The notes beneath the pieces were generated by a model. It made no database searches. It saw nothing but the letters and a program-made list of their open reading frames with translations, and was not told where the DNA came from. Shown here piece after piece: positions 13,701-30,158 of a stretch of DNA of 64,000 nucleotides. Source of the DNA: the human T2T-CHM13v2.0 reference genome, Homo sapiens. The translations under genes and the position numbers were made by a program. Location of the stretch: assembly GCF_009914755.1 (NCBI RefSeq), contig NC_060947.1; one strand, given 5' to 3'. The first letter of the stretch is position 1; each line of letters opens with the position of its first letter.

Positions 13701-14616
13701 TTGTGTCACCCCTCACAAGTTCACCATCAAATACTGTCAGTTATATTTCACATTCCTACTCAGGACATTTGAGGACCTCTGCATGCTTTTTCTGTGACAT
13801 GGAAGACTGGGAAACCCTGAAGAACCGATCTTAGTCCCTCTCTGCCTAACCACGCTATTCTACTCATTTTATGCTGATGTGGCAGCTCCATGTGGCTATG
13901 TGAGTCCCTTATAAGACCACCAAGATTTGAGAGGCCCAGCTGACCATTTTCCTGTTTAGGCTTTCTTCTCAACCCCAGGCTGAAGACATGAATGTGAAAC
14001 ACAGGTGTCTCACCATCTGATTCCCATACCTCTGATCTCTTTTTCTCAATTCACAAGAGACTAGAAGGGGTGAGTGTACCTCTTAGAGGTCTTAGCTGGA
14101 AGCAATAGGAACCAGTTTTACCTAATTTAAACAGAAAATAAATTTATTCCTGGAAACTGGTTAGCTCACAGATTCCAGGAGGGCTGAAGAACCATGCAGA
14201 GAGGCATCAGAGCTACACCACAGAAGTACTGGAAGACATTACTGCCACCACTGCTGGATCTAGACATCACTGGTGCTGGACAACTGATGAGGCTGCCAGC
14301 ACACCCATTCTGTGCTTGCCAGAATGGATTTTTCAGTCTTTTCTTTGTATCAATTTTCCACGTAAGGCCTGAGATAGGGGTTTCTGACTAGATAGGCTTA
14401 ACTGCAAAGTAGCCTGGGGAAGCAAATATCTGGCATTTTCAAGATTCTCTAGTGAAAAACCTCATGCAGCAAGCACTGCACCAAACTCAGGAGGATTTAG
14501 ATGCTGGGCTGCAAAAAACATGACAACTTTCCATTACAGTGTGGACTTTCTAATTTCTCTACCTTGCTAACCATTTTCCTTTGTAAGTGGTATAATGTCT
14601 AGGTGATATAATGGGG

Positions 14617-16901
14617 TGATATGGCTTGGTTGTGTCCTCACCCAAATCTGATCTTGAATTGTAGCTCCTATAATCCCCACATGTTGTAGGGGGGACCCAG
14701 TGGGAGGTAATTGAATCACAGGGGCACGTTTTCTCCTGCTTTTCTCATGATAGTGAATAAATATGAGAGCTGATGCTTTTAAAAAGGGAAGTTCCGCTGC
14801 ACATGCTCTCTTGCCTGCAGCCATAGAAGACATGCCTTTGCTCCTCTGCCTTCCACCATGATTGTGAGGCCTCCTCAGCCACGCTGAACTGTGGGTCAAT
14901 TAAGCCTCTTTCCCTTATAAGTTACGCAGTCTCAGATATGTCTTTATTAGCAACATGAGAATGAACTAATACAATAAATTGCTACTGGTAGAATGGGGTG
15001 CTGCTGTAAAGATACCCAAAAATGTGGAAGCGACTTTGGAACTGGGTAACAGGAAGAGGTTGCAACAGTTTGGAGGGCTCAGAAGAAGATAGAAAAATGT
15101 GGTAAAGTTTGGAATTTCTAGAGACTTGGAGGGCCCAGAAGATGACAGGAAGATGTGGGGAAGTTTGGAACTTGCTAGAGACTTGTTGAATGGTTTTGAC
15201 CAAAATGCTTATAGTGATATGGACAATAAGGTCCAGACTGATGTGGTCTCAGATGGAGATGAGGAACTTTTTGGAATCTGAAATAAAGATCACTCCTGCT
15301 ATGCAAAAAGACTGGTGTCATTTTGCCCCTGCCCTAGAAATCTGTGGAGCTTTGAACTTAAGAGAGATGATTTAGGGTATCTGAAGGAAGAAATTTCTAA
15401 GCAGCCAAGCGTTCAAGAAGAAGAGCATAAACGTTTGGAAAACTTGCAGCCTGACAATATAATAGAAAAGAAAAACCCATTTTCTGGGGAGAAATTCAAG
15501 CCAGCTGCAGAAATTTAAGTAATGAGGAACCAAATATTAATCACAAAGACAATGGGGAATATGCCTCCAGGGTACATCAGAGGTCTTCACAGCAGCCCCT
15601 CCCCATCAGAGGCCATGACGGATAGGAAGAAAAAATGGTTTCATGGGCCACGCCCAGGGTGCTCCTTGCTGTGTGCAGCCTTGGGACTTGGCACCCTGCA
15701 TCCCACAGCTGCTCCCGCTGTGGCTAAAAGGGGCCAGTGTACAGCTCAGGCTGTTGTTTCAGAGGGTGCAAGCCCCAAGCCTTGGCAGCTTCCACATGGT
15801 GTTGGGCCTGTGGGTGCACAGAAGTCAAGAATTGAAGTTTGGGAACCTCCACCTAGATTCTAGAGGATGTGTGGAAACACCTGTATGTCCAAGGCAGAGG
15901 TGCGCTGCAGGGGCAGAGCTCTCATGGACAGCCTCGGCTAGGACAGTGCAGAAGGGAAACGTGGGGGTGGGAGCACCACACAGTGTCCCCACTGGAGCAC
16001 TGACTAGTGGAGTTGTGAGAAGAGGGCCGCCGTCCTCCAGACCTAGAATGATAGACCCACCAAGAGCTTGCACCATGAGCCGCAGACAATGCCAGCCCAT
16101 GAAAGCAGCCACGAGGGGGGCTGTACCCTGCAAAGTCACAGGGGTGGAACTACCCAAGGCCATGGGAACTCACCTCTTGCATCAGTGTGACCTGGGTGTG
16201 AGACATGAAGTCAAAGGAGATAATTTTGGAGCTTCAAGATTTGATTGCTCCACTGGATTTTAGACTTGCATGGGGCCTGTAGCCCCTCCATTTTGGCCAA
16301 TTTCTCCCATTTGGAATGGGCGTACTTACCCAATGCCTATACTCTGGTATCTAGGAAGTGATTAACTTGCTTTTGATTTTACAGTCTCATAGGCAGAAGG
16401 GACTTGCCTTATTTTAGATGAGACTTTGGACTATGGACTTCTGAGTTAATGCTGAAATCAGTTAAGACTGGGAGACTGTTGGGAATGCATGATTGGTTTT
16501 GAAATGTGAAGACATGAGATTTGGGAGGGGCCAGGGAATGATACGGTTTGGCTGTGTCCCTACCCAAATCTTATTTTGAATTGTAGCTCCCATAATCCCC
16601 GCATGTTGTGGGAGGGACCTGATAGGAGGTAACTGAATCATGGGGGAAGGTTTTCCCATGCTATTGTCATGATAGTGCATAAGTCTCACAAGATCTGATG
16701 GTTTTATAAAGGGCAGTTCCCCTGCACATGCTCCCTTGCCTGTCACTATGTAAGACATGCCTTTGTTCTTCCTTCACCTTCCACCATGATTGTGAGGCAT
16801 CCCCAGCCATGCTCAACTGTGAGTCAATGAATCTTCTTTCCTTTATAAATTACCCAGTCTCGGGTATGTCTTGATTAGCAGTGTGAAAACAGACTAATAC
16901 A
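14617..16901 (+). mobile_element. Complete THE1 (THE1C/B-like) MaLR provirus: LTR 14617-14973, internal region, LTR 16539-16901
   Basis: Two THE1 LTRs (tgata.gg...ctaataca), MaLR internal sequence, and a perfect 5-bp TSD TGGGG (14612-14616, 16902-16906). Confidence 0.95.
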
Positions 16902-17989
16902 TGGGGGAAGCAGTTCTCCACCTTCCTCAGGTGCTATAATGGAGTAATGGTTACTGGTAACATGATTTTGAGATAGAGGAGGGGGAGATGTAAAAGATTA
17001 ATGTTTTTAACACATCTCCATTAAACTGGAAAATTAAGTAAAATCACTTACATACAGCTTTAATGTCGAGCAGTTTTGTATCCCAAGCCGTGCACATTAT
17101 ACATAATAGACTATTTTATGATTCAGAGTTTGGATTTGTTTTAGAAATCTTAATTCAAATGCTTATGTAAAACATATACAATTCAGCAACCCAGACTTCA
17201 ATTCTTTAAAATTAGCAATGATATTTCACCATAGGTTTATAAATCAAGTAAGTATTTTTAGTTTTGGAGGTTGGAGTCCATGTTTAGAAACAATGCCTGA
17301 CTAACTATATTTTGTTTGTTTTTGCACATGATATTTTGTCTTTGTTTAAATCACAATAACAAGCTGGCATGTGATTGTTAGGATCGTGGAAATTTTCTAT
17401 ATTTATCCACAATTTCAGCTGCATCGACTCAAAGAACTGAATGTGAGAGGGCAAAGATGACTCCTGTGCAGAATGCCTTTGGGGATAATCAAGACACAGA
17501 AACATTTCCATATGCAAATAAACTCTTCCGTAAAACTTCTTGCATGAGAACAGTAGAAAACCCCCACTAGTAAACAGGAACTCTTTCAAAGTATTATCCA
17601 TGAGGAAGCATAGGTATGCTCCTGAGCCTCAGAACAATATTGATGCATACCGTAAGTGACAAGATTTTTTATTTAAAGCACATAATATCTGCATGGTTCC
17701 AAAGACCCAGGGGTAGATTATGAAAAATTATGAAATGTGAAGACGTTTTATTACAAATCTGGGCATGGATTAAAAATTTGTCAACTGATAACGTCAACCT
17801 CATCTCATTGTTTTTCAAAATTGTGTTGCCCAAAAGATAGGATTACTGCGGATGACATGCCATTTATCTTACTCCAAGCAACAGTGGCACTGTAGGTAAC
17901 AAAACAAAACTAAAACAAATATCTTGACTATAAACATTACTTGGGGAAATTTGATTCTTAAGAGTAAACAGGAAAGAGGATGATTTAAA

Positions 17990-18300
17990 AATATATTAAA
18001 ATTCTACAGTAATGAAACCAGTATGGTACTGGTATAAAACAGACGTAGTCCAAAAAAACAGAAGAGAGCCCAGAAATATACTCTCCTATATATGGTCACA
18101 TGATCATTGACAGGGATGCCAAAGCTACACAGTAAGGAAAGGATAGTCTCCTTCAAAAAATTATGTTAGGAAAATTGGCTACGTACATGCAAAAGAATGA
18201 ATTTGGACTCTTAGCTTATACCATATACAAAAGTTAACACAAAATAGCTTAAATATCTAAATTTAAGACTTAAAACTGTAAAATTCCTACAAGTATAGAA
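17990..18300 (+). mobile_element. L1M ORF2 3' fragment
   Basis: 'ctacagtaat..aaccagtatggtactggtataaa', 'tgcaaaagaatgaatttggac'. Confidence 0.75.
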
Positions 18301-18829
18301 GTAGGGAATAACCAGAATTTAAAAGTATAGTGGTTAAAAATGGTTATTTCTAGAAAGTATGTCTGAAAATAGAGATGTTTGAAGCAGGCAGATATTGCAT
18401 TTCATTAAAAACCTGCGTTGTCTCATACTTTTAATCTCATTTTTGTGTTACTTCGATAAAAATTAAAATAGAACATCCTAACCATCCCCCACACTGATCT
18501 CAGTGAAACGAAGGCAGAAAGTACAAGCTTATATGGATAAAGAGAAAATATCTACCAGTCACAAAGAGAGACTGTTTACCCTATAAGATTTCCTAGTCAA
18601 AACTGTCTCCTTTGTTCTAGGTTGACAATATATTTTGCTAAAGCAATCAAGACTCAGCCTCTTCAACAGGAAAAGCAATGTCTAGTCCTGATAAAGAGAC
18701 GATCTTTATCAGTATATATGGGTCAGAAACTATTCCATATCCGTTCATACAGATTAACATAATGTTTTAGCTCCTGCACAGATTCCGCAGTTTGAAGTTT
18801 CTATAATTAAACTATTCGCCTTTTGACTG

Positions 18830-19600
18830 AAAAAAGAAATAGCAAGTGTTCAAGAGGATGTGTAGAAATTGGAACCCTTGTACATTGCTGGTGGGAATGT
18901 AAAATAGTAGAGCCCCTATGGAAAATACTATGAAGATTCCTTAAATATTTTTTAAAGTACAACCATATGATCTATAAATCTCACATCTGGGAATATAACC
19001 AAAGTAATTGAAAACAGGTCTCAAGGAGATATTTACACACCCATATTCATGATAGTATTATTCACAATAGCCAACAGACAGAAGCAACCCAAGTATCCAT
19101 TCATATATGAATGCATACAGAAAATGTGGCACATACATACATTGGCATATTATTCATACTTAAAAGAGGAAATACTATCATATAACAAAATGGGTGAACC
19201 TTGAGGACATTATAGTAAATGCAGTTAGTATAATGTATTATACATTCACAAATGCATTATAATGCATCATTGTAATTCCATAATACATAGTATAATGCAT
19301 TATACTATTTGCATCCTACTAATACAGTATAATGCATTATATAGTCACAAAGAAAGACTACATGATTTCAGTTACAGGTATTTAAAGTAGTCTCTCTCTT
19401 AGAACAGGTAGTAGAGTGGTGATTTCCAGGGACTAAGGCAAAGTGGAAAAGAAAAGTTGTCATTCAATGGAAAGAGCTTCCATTTGAGTCTCCCTTATAG
19501 AGTTCCTGTTTCACAAGAGGAAAAAAGTTCTAGAGATGTGATACGTAACAAGGTACATACTGTTAATACTACAGTACTGTATATGTAAAAATTGTTAAAG
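18830..19600 (+). mobile_element. L1MA/MB 3' end with internal low-complexity expansion (~19220-19345)
   Basis: 'aggatgtgtagaaattggaacccttgtacattgctggtgggaatgtaaaa' through 3'UTR 'aaaagttctagagat'. Confidence 0.8.
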
Positions 19601-19719
19601 TCTTACAAACAGGAAGGGGGAGAATAAGCAGGAAGAATCAACAGGAATGGTAAAATAAGAACAATTTAAGCAAGTGGGAAAAAAGTCATAAAAATTAAAG
19701 TAAAATTGTAAATAAGAAT

Positions 19720-21650
19720 AGGTAAATGGACCAACTACTACATACATCCAAAAGAATGTTATTCAGCAATAAAAAATGATCTGACAAGCCATAAAAAGGC
19801 ATGGATGAACTTTAAACACATATGGTTATGTGAAAGAAGCCCATCTGAAAAGGCTACATACTGCATGATTACCATGTATGACATTTTGGGCAAAGCAAAA
19901 CTATGAAGACAGCAAGAAAAATCAGGAGTTTCCAAATATGGCATGGGTTGAGGGATGGAGAATAAGATAGGTGAGGAACGAGGAATTTTCTAGAGCAGTG
20001 AAACTATTATTTATGATACTGTAATGGTGGATACACGACAGTAGACATTTGCCAAAACCCACAGACCTTTACAGTAGAAAGGGTGAACATTAATGTATGG
20101 AATTTTAAAAAATGATTCAGAATCTAGGAGGATCCCAGAAAATATGGACTATAACAAGAGAATCTAATTGTATTCCAAATGCATGAAATGAGTTTGCTGA
20201 ATGGTATAAAGTGCTGACCTAAATGACTTTGGAAATGAGTTGAGTCTGTAACACTAAAGGCAAAAGGAACTATACATGTATTGTAACTGATAAAAAATGT
20301 TTCCCACATGAGTACAGGGGAATGGAGTAACAATTCTGGTACCATTATACATGTATACTGGAATTGAACAATTAAGTAAATGGATGGTGGATAGTGCGGG
20401 CCAGATTTCTTACCATTGGAGTGGGAGTTTATAAAATAAGGGGAATAGCCTAGAATGACGCATGTGTAATGGATTAAAGTTGGAGGTATTACTATGAACT
20501 CATGTTTAGCTTTATATAGATACAAATGGTTACATACAGAAATATTTATAGGTATGTGTATATATATGAGTTAGTATATAAACATATATTTCCTTGCTCT
20601 ACCAGCTGAGAGGACCTAAAAGCAATGACTTCCCGGTAGCAATGAACACAACTAGCACACAAATCTTCATTTCTAATACCATTCTCTGATAAGAGGAACT
20701 AGGCTCCTTGGAGATATTCTGTATGATAATCAATTTTAGGACAGGGGCAAGAGCATTCTAGGATGAGCTGGAAGCATCTTGTAGTGCCAAAAGTAAAGTC
20801 CTCACTTAAAAAAATACCCACATTAATAGGAGTAATTCAAAGAGACACAAGAAATCATTGAAACAGCTCCCGGTAGCCAAAGCTGGGAAATTTTGAGCAA
20901 AAATAAAATTAGATTATAATGCAAAGTATAAATCATAATGTGCTTATACTGATATACATGAAAGACTGAACTGATATACATGAAAGACTGAATAAATCAT
21001 TAGGGTAAAGAGAAAAATATTCCATACAGAAGAATACCAGATTATGTAGATACTCCATTCTCAAGGTTTTAGAACATTTCATTCCTTCAGTGTGAGCTGT
21101 GTATAGTGACTTCCTTCCTAAGAGTATAATATACAATTTTAAAAACTAAAGATGAGTAGAACTACAAGGAGAAACCTACCAAACACTACTCTAATCCCGG
21201 TGATCAAGGCAACATCAGTAGTAATACATCATGTTGATATTATGCACTCTTGATATAATGTGACAAGAATGGTACTTTACATCCATCATCCCCCTCCCCA
21301 AAACCTGTAACCCGAGTCTAATCATGAGAAACACATCATACAAATATCAATTGAAGGACATTTGACAAAACACCTGACCAGTACTTCTCAAAACTTTCAA
21401 GTTCATCAAAATCAAAGTTTGACAAACTGTCCCAGCCAAGAGGAACCTTGACAACTGAATGTAATGTGGTGTCCTGGATGGGATCCTGGAACAGAAAAAG
21501 CGTATTAGGTAAACATTGATACAATGTAAAGAAAGTGTGGTCTTAAATGTTAATAACAGAAACTTGGAGGAGTGAATATAGGAACTTTCTGTTATCTTTG
21601 CAAGTTTTTAATAAATCTAAAACCGTCTTTAAAAATAAAGTTTAGTTTTA
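19720..21650 (+). mobile_element. L1MC-type long 3'UTR
   Basis: 'ccatctgaaaaggctacatactgcatgatt', 'gcatcttgtagtgcca', 'gtgtcctggatgggatcctggaacagaaaa' are L1MC motifs. Confidence 0.8.
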
Positions 21651-21689
21651 ACGTGAACAGCCTCACACTGTATTAAAAAATATTCAATC

Positions 21690-22349
21690 AATGAAGTAAA
21701 TGTCAAGAGCTAAAAAATAAAAGTTAGAAAACTATAAGAACTATGAAACAGATGACATCAAAGCAAGAAACCAAATAAAAATAGATATATTGGACTTAAT
21801 ATTTAAACATTTTATTCTTCAAAGGACACTATCAAGAAAGGGAAAGTCAACCCAAAAATTAGGAGAAAGTAATTTCAAACCATATATAATGATCCAATAT
21901 CCAGAGTATCTAGGAGTACCTCTTGCAACTCAACAATAAAACGACAAATAACCCAATTAAAAATGAGCCAATGTTGGGATCAGATGCCAACATTATTGCC
22001 AAAAAAGGAGCCCCTCACAAGACCAGCAAAAATTTTAATATATATTTCTCCAAAGATGATATACAAAATGACCAATAAGCCCATGAAGAGATATTAAACA
22101 TCATTAATCATTAAAGAAATGCAAATCAAAATAATCTTGAGAATTTGGTTTATATCCACTGGCATGGTCATAATTAAAAGACAGGCAATGAAAGGTAAGG
22201 ATGCTACCTTGGTAAGTATGTGGAGAAATTGGTACTCTCATATATTGCTGGTGAGAATGTAAAATTATCCAGCCTCTTTGGAAAATGGGCTGGAAAATGG
22301 AAAAGTTGACTTTTTTAAGCTATATAATCTAGCAATTCTACTCCTAGGT
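21690..22349 (+). mobile_element. L1MB-like ORF2 3' fragment (host of the MST at 22350)
   Basis: 'ttcaaaggacactatcaagaaa', 'aatgcaaatcaaa', 'ctagcaattctactcctaggt'. Confidence 0.75.
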
Positions 22350-23569
22350 TGATATGGTTTGGATTTGTGTCCCTGAACAAAACTCATGTTGAATTGTAAT
22401 CCCCTATATTGGTGGAGGGGCCTGGTGGGAAGTGATTGGATCTTGTGGGCTGATTTCTCCCTTGCTTTTCTCGTGATAGTGAGTTCTCATGATATCTGGT
22501 TCTTTAGAAGTGTGTAGTACCCCCACCCCTCTTCACTCTCTTTCCCCTGCTCCAGCCATGTAGGACATGCCTGCTTCTCTTTCCACCTTCCACCAATGAT
22601 TGTTCCTGAGGCCTCCCCAGACATGCTTCCTGTACACCTTGTGGAACCATGAGCCAATTAAACCTCTATTCTTTATAAGTTACCCATTGTCTGGTAGTTC
22701 TTTATGGCAATGCAAGAACAGATTAATACAGAAAATTGGTACTGGGAAGGGAGGCATTGCTATAAAGATAACTGAAAATGTGGAAGCAGTTTTGGAACCA
22801 GGTAATGGGCAGAGGTTAGAACAGGTTGGAGGACTCAGAAGAAGACAGGAAGATGTGGGAAAGTTTGGAACCTCCTAGAGACTTGTTAATTTGTTGTGAC
22901 CAAAATGCCCATAAGGGATATGGACAATGAAGTCCAAGCTGGAGTGGTCTTAGATGGAGATGAGGAACTTATTGGAAACTGGAGTGAAGGTCACTTTTGT
23001 TATGCATTAGCAAAGAGGTTGGCGGCATCTTGTAGTGCCAAAAAGGAAGGAAGAGATCTGTGAAACTTTGAACTTCAGAGAGATGACTTAGGGTAACTGG
23101 CAGAAGAAATTTCTAAGTAGCAAAGCATTCAACATGTGGCCCGGCTTCTTCAAACAGTATATACTCATATGCATGAGCAAAGAGATTATGTGAAAATAGA
23201 ACATATTTAAAAGGGAAGCACAGTGTAAAACTTTGGAAAATTTTCAGCCTGCCCATGTGGTAGAAAAGAAAAACCCATTCTCTTGGGAAGAATTCAAGTA
23301 GGCTCCAGAAATCTACATAACTAAGTCAAATGTTGAAAGCCAAGATAATGGGGAGAATGCCTTGAAGACATTTCAGACACTTTCATGACATCCCCTCCCC
23401 TAACTGGCCTAGAGGCCTAGGAGGGAAAAATGGTTTTGTGGGCCAGGCCCAGGGCCCCTCTGCTCTGTGCAGCCTCAAGACATGGTACCCTGCATCATGG
23501 CTGCTCCAGCTCCAGCAGCGGCCAAAAGGGGCCAAGGTACAGCTCAGACCATAGCTTCAGAGGGTGCAA
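22350..23569 (+). mobile_element. MSTA-like LTR (22350-22730) plus truncated internal region
   Basis: tgatatggtttgga...gattaataca LTR followed by MaLR internal 'gaaaattggtac...'; ends abruptly at an L1 junction. Confidence 0.88.
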
Positions 23570-24550
23570 ATACTTACGGCCAACTGATCTTTGACAAAGC
23601 AAACAAAAACAAAGTGGGGGAAAGGATACCCTTTTCAACAAATGGTGCTGGGATAGTTGGCTAGCCACATGTAAGAGAATGAAACTAGATCTTCATCTCT
23701 TACCTTATATAAAAATCAACTCAAGATGGATTAAGGACTTAAATCTAAGACCTGAAACTATAAAAATTCTGGAAGATAACATCAGAAAAACCCTTCTAGT
23801 CCTTGGCTTAGGCAAGGATTTCATAACAAAGGACCCCCAAACAAATGCAACAAAAACAAACAAATAGGTGTCACCTAATTAAACTAAAGAGCTTCTGTAT
23901 GTCAAAAGGAACAGTCAACAGAGTAAACAGACAACCCACAGTGTGGGAGAAAATCTTCACAATCTATACATCTGACAAAGGACTAGTATCCAGCATCTAT
24001 GACGAACTCAAATTGGTAAGAAAAAAAAAAAAAGAAAACAATCCCATCAAAAAGTGGGCTAAGAACGTGAATAGTCAACTCTCAAAAGATATACAAATGG
24101 CCAAACATGTAAAGAAATGTCCAACATCACTAAAGAGCTTCTGATCAGGGAAATGCAAATCAAAACCACAATGCGATACCACCTTCCTCCTATGAGAATG
24201 GCCATCATCAAAAAATCAAAAAACAGTAGATGTTGGTGTGGATGCAGTGAACAGGGAACACTTCTACATTGCTGGTGGAAATGTAAACTAGTACAGCCAC
24301 TGTGGAAAACAGTGTGGAGAGTCCTTAAATAATTAAAAGTAGAACTAACATTTGATTCAGCCATCCCAATACTGGGTATCTACCCAGAGGAAAAGAAGTT
24401 ATTATTCAAAAAAGATACCTACACAGATGTTTATAGCAGCACAATTCGCAACTGCAAAATCGTGGAACCAACCCAAATGCCCATCAATCAACAAGTGGAT
24501 AAAGAAACTGTGGTGTCTATACATATACACATATACACATATACATACAC

Positions 24551-24581
<31 letters not shown>

Positions 24582-25033
24582 CACACACACATACACACAC
24601 ACACACACACACACATACACACACACACACACACATACACACACACACACACACATACACACATATACACATACATACACATGATGGAATACTACACAGC
24701 CATAAAAAGGAATGAATTGACAGCATTTGCAGTGATCTGGATGACACTGGAGTCTATTATTCTAAGTGATGTATCTCAGGAATGGAAAACCAAACATCGT
24801 ATTTTCTCACTGATATGTGGGAACTAAGCTATGAGGATGCAAAAGCCTAAGAATGATACAATGGACTTTGGGAACTTTGGGGAACAGTGGCAGGGGGGCA
24901 AGGGATAAAAGAGCACAAATATGGTGCAGTGTATACATGGGTGATGGGTGTACCTAAATCTTGCAAATCACCACTAAAGAACTTATTCATGTAACCAAAT
25001 ACCACCTGTACCCCAATAACTTATGGAAAAATA
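23570..25033 (+). mobile_element. 5'-truncated L1PB-like element
   Basis: ORF2 C-terminal homology ([18 protein letters not shown]; [26 protein letters not shown]) and 3' end 'accaaataccacctgtaccccaataacttatggaaaaata'. Confidence 0.88.
24517..24681. repeat. Compound (CA)n/(TACA)n microsatellite inside the L1PB
   Basis: About 160 bp of alternating CA/TA units. Confidence 0.95.
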
Positions 25034-26339
25034 GGACAGAGGTGCAATAAAAAAATGAAATGCACCTTCCAGAGGAAGAAAGGGGGAAGCACTTATCAAC
25101 TATCCTCCATGCCCCATGAGTCAAAGTTCTGTCCCATTGGGCATTAATTCATTGCCATTTCCCTGCTGTGCATGCATTGACTGATTTCTGAAACATCCAA
25201 CACTTCAGCATCAGTAAAGCAAGAAATGCTATTGGGCTGTACCTGTGAAACAAGTGCCAAACTGTTTACCTCAGTAGTAGCTGAAATAGCAATAGGATCT
25301 AAAGGGATGCATAAGAGGTGTCAGATACATGTAAGTGAGCACAACAGACCTAAGTGCCATTCTTTAGAGAAGGTGGAGAGAAGAATCCTAAATTGACCAT
25401 GTATTCATTCCACATCAGCTGTAAAATCCTTAGGTTACAAAATTGACTTTGAATAAGCAATATTGTGTTTTTTTTTTCCTTTGAAGCTGAGAGGGTATTC
25501 AAATAGAGATTAAATTGAGTTAAAAATTATTATACTACTTTAACATCTGATTTTAGTGACCTATAAAATTCATCTCTACTAAGCATGCATTTAACTATAT
25601 GTATACAACAAATATTTATTAAGTTCCTACTGCATGCTAGCCCATAAACAAGGTGTCGCAAGAGTATAAAGATGAGTAAAATTTATTCCCTATTCTCAAA
25701 TTGCTCACAGTCTAGCGAGGAGTAAGACAGCTATAAACCCAACTGCAATTCAAACAGGAAGAGCTAGGTGTCTGAGTGACCATAACCTAGTACTACTCGC
25801 TTCTGGGCCTCAGACCCTCATCAGTAAAATGAAAGGTTAAAATTGCTACCTCTAAGATCTCTTTGCTCATTGACACTATGTGAGCCTCTAAATGTCACAC
25901 AAAACCAGATAATCCCAGTACAGAAACTATATTGGTTGGTTCAAATCATGCTCCTCACCTCTCTCAACAGGGGAAATTGTTTCAGAGAAAACAGGATGGG
26001 AATGTGTTCATCATGCTCACTTGTCTAAAACAAAGCCTAATTGACATTAAAACAGTTTCTGACCTCATGCAGAAGAGCAAAAGACAAGCTTTCAAAACCA
26101 AATCTAATATTGTATACATAACACTGTCATAAGCAACTGTAAAGTATCTTTAATAGCTGAAAAACCACAAGCACAATGGGTTGCTAACCACAATATTTAG
26201 TAACTGCCTGTCTACTTAACCATTGGCTACCCAAGTAAACTTCTCTATCCAAATGTTCCCATTTCTGCTCTACGATTTTAATCTCACCCTTTCTTTTCCA
26301 AAATTCCACCTACAGTAACCATCTTTTCATGACTCTTCT

Positions 26340-26540
26340 AGTTGAGGAATGGACTCTCAAACAGGCCTGGATACAAATCTAGATACTCTACCACTTAAGC
26401 TGTGTGACCTTAGGAAAGTTGCCTGAACATTCAATTTCAGTTTTCCTCTTCCATAAAGTGGAAGTAGTAACATCTGCCTCAAGAAAATTGTTGTGTGACA
26501 TAATTAGAATTCATATGAAAATTGCCTAATAGAAGTAATT
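26340..26540. mobile_element. MIR SINE (other MIR remnants near 6345-6470, 8350-8510, 44655-44760, 53020-53200, 57950-58090)
   Basis: MIR core 'ctctaccacttaagctgtgtgaccttaggaaagtt...tcagttttcctcttccataaagtgg'. Confidence 0.75.
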
Positions 26541-26759
26541 TAAAAATGATAGCAATAATTTGAACTGATTTGAAACTGGCTAGGATTGGAGTCATACTTT
26601 GGAAACAAGACCAAAGGAACAGAAAAATCACTGATCTTGGAAATACTTTATCAACGTAATAACCAGGAGGTGTTCTCACCTTTTCCTTTCATTGACCATA
26701 TGTATTTTAACTTATGGGAATGGGCTAGAAGACAAAAGATGTTTTCTTCCCGTCCAGCT

Positions 26760-26900
26760 CAGTGCTACCTAGATTTTAATGTGTTTAAGTATCACCTAGG
26801 GACCTTATTAAAATGCAGACTCAGTAGGTCTGAGGTGGGACCTGTCATTCTGCATTTTCTAACAAGCTCCCAGGTGGTGCTGATGCTGCTGATCCATGGA
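26760..26900. mobile_element. MER5A-like hAT-Charlie fossil
   Basis: 'atcacctagggaccttattaaaatgcaga', 'tctgcattttctaacaagctcccaggtg.tgctgatgctgctg'. Confidence 0.8.
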
Positions 26901-27433
26901 AATGGGGAAGAGTTAATCCTCAGTGGGGTGAAACTGACAGATCTCTTACATGAAAGGTAGATGGAAGTGGATAAATTGCTGTCAGAGGACCAGTTTTGGC
27001 TGCCTTGTAACATGTTCATGAGTGTCCTGATATTAGTCCTTAGAATATGACAGTGGTTTTCAGTACTTGGGTACAGACTCAATACAAGTTTGAATAAGTA
27101 AGTGAAGGTATAGCAACTCACATTTCGAAAATCTAGATGGACCACAAATTTAAATTAATAAAACCATTAAAGGATTAGAAGATAGAGGAAGACTTACTTT
27201 GTAATCCTATAGTTAACCCTAAGTGTGATACAAAATTCAGAAGCTCTATGATATGCTTTGACTATATGAAATTTTGTAATAGCTACATAAGAATTATAGA
27301 ATGAATAAGTAAAAGATGGCAAACATGTTTTAAAAGTTTTAACAGAGATGACAGAGTTCTAACTATCTTATTACATAAAGTATCCTACAAATAAAAAGGT
27401 TTTAATATAAAAATTGGTATAGGGTATGAACAG

Positions 27434-30158
<2,725 letters not shown>

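Noticed and set aside
15071-15186. ~57-bp tandem duplication in the THE1 internal region
   Set aside because: As I recall this duplication is common among THE1 internal sequences, so it is probably not locus-specific.
15522-16263. 113-aa and 206-aa ORFs
   Set aside because: They lie in the MaLR internal region and are frameshifted remnants or chance frames, not host genes.
20949-20992. 22-bp perfect tandem duplication (similar ones at 43287-43332 and ~55640-55667)
   Set aside because: Ordinary slippage duplications with two units and no spacers; not CRISPR-like.
24352-24827. HT/CV-rich ORFs
   Set aside because: Translations of a CA microsatellite within an L1.
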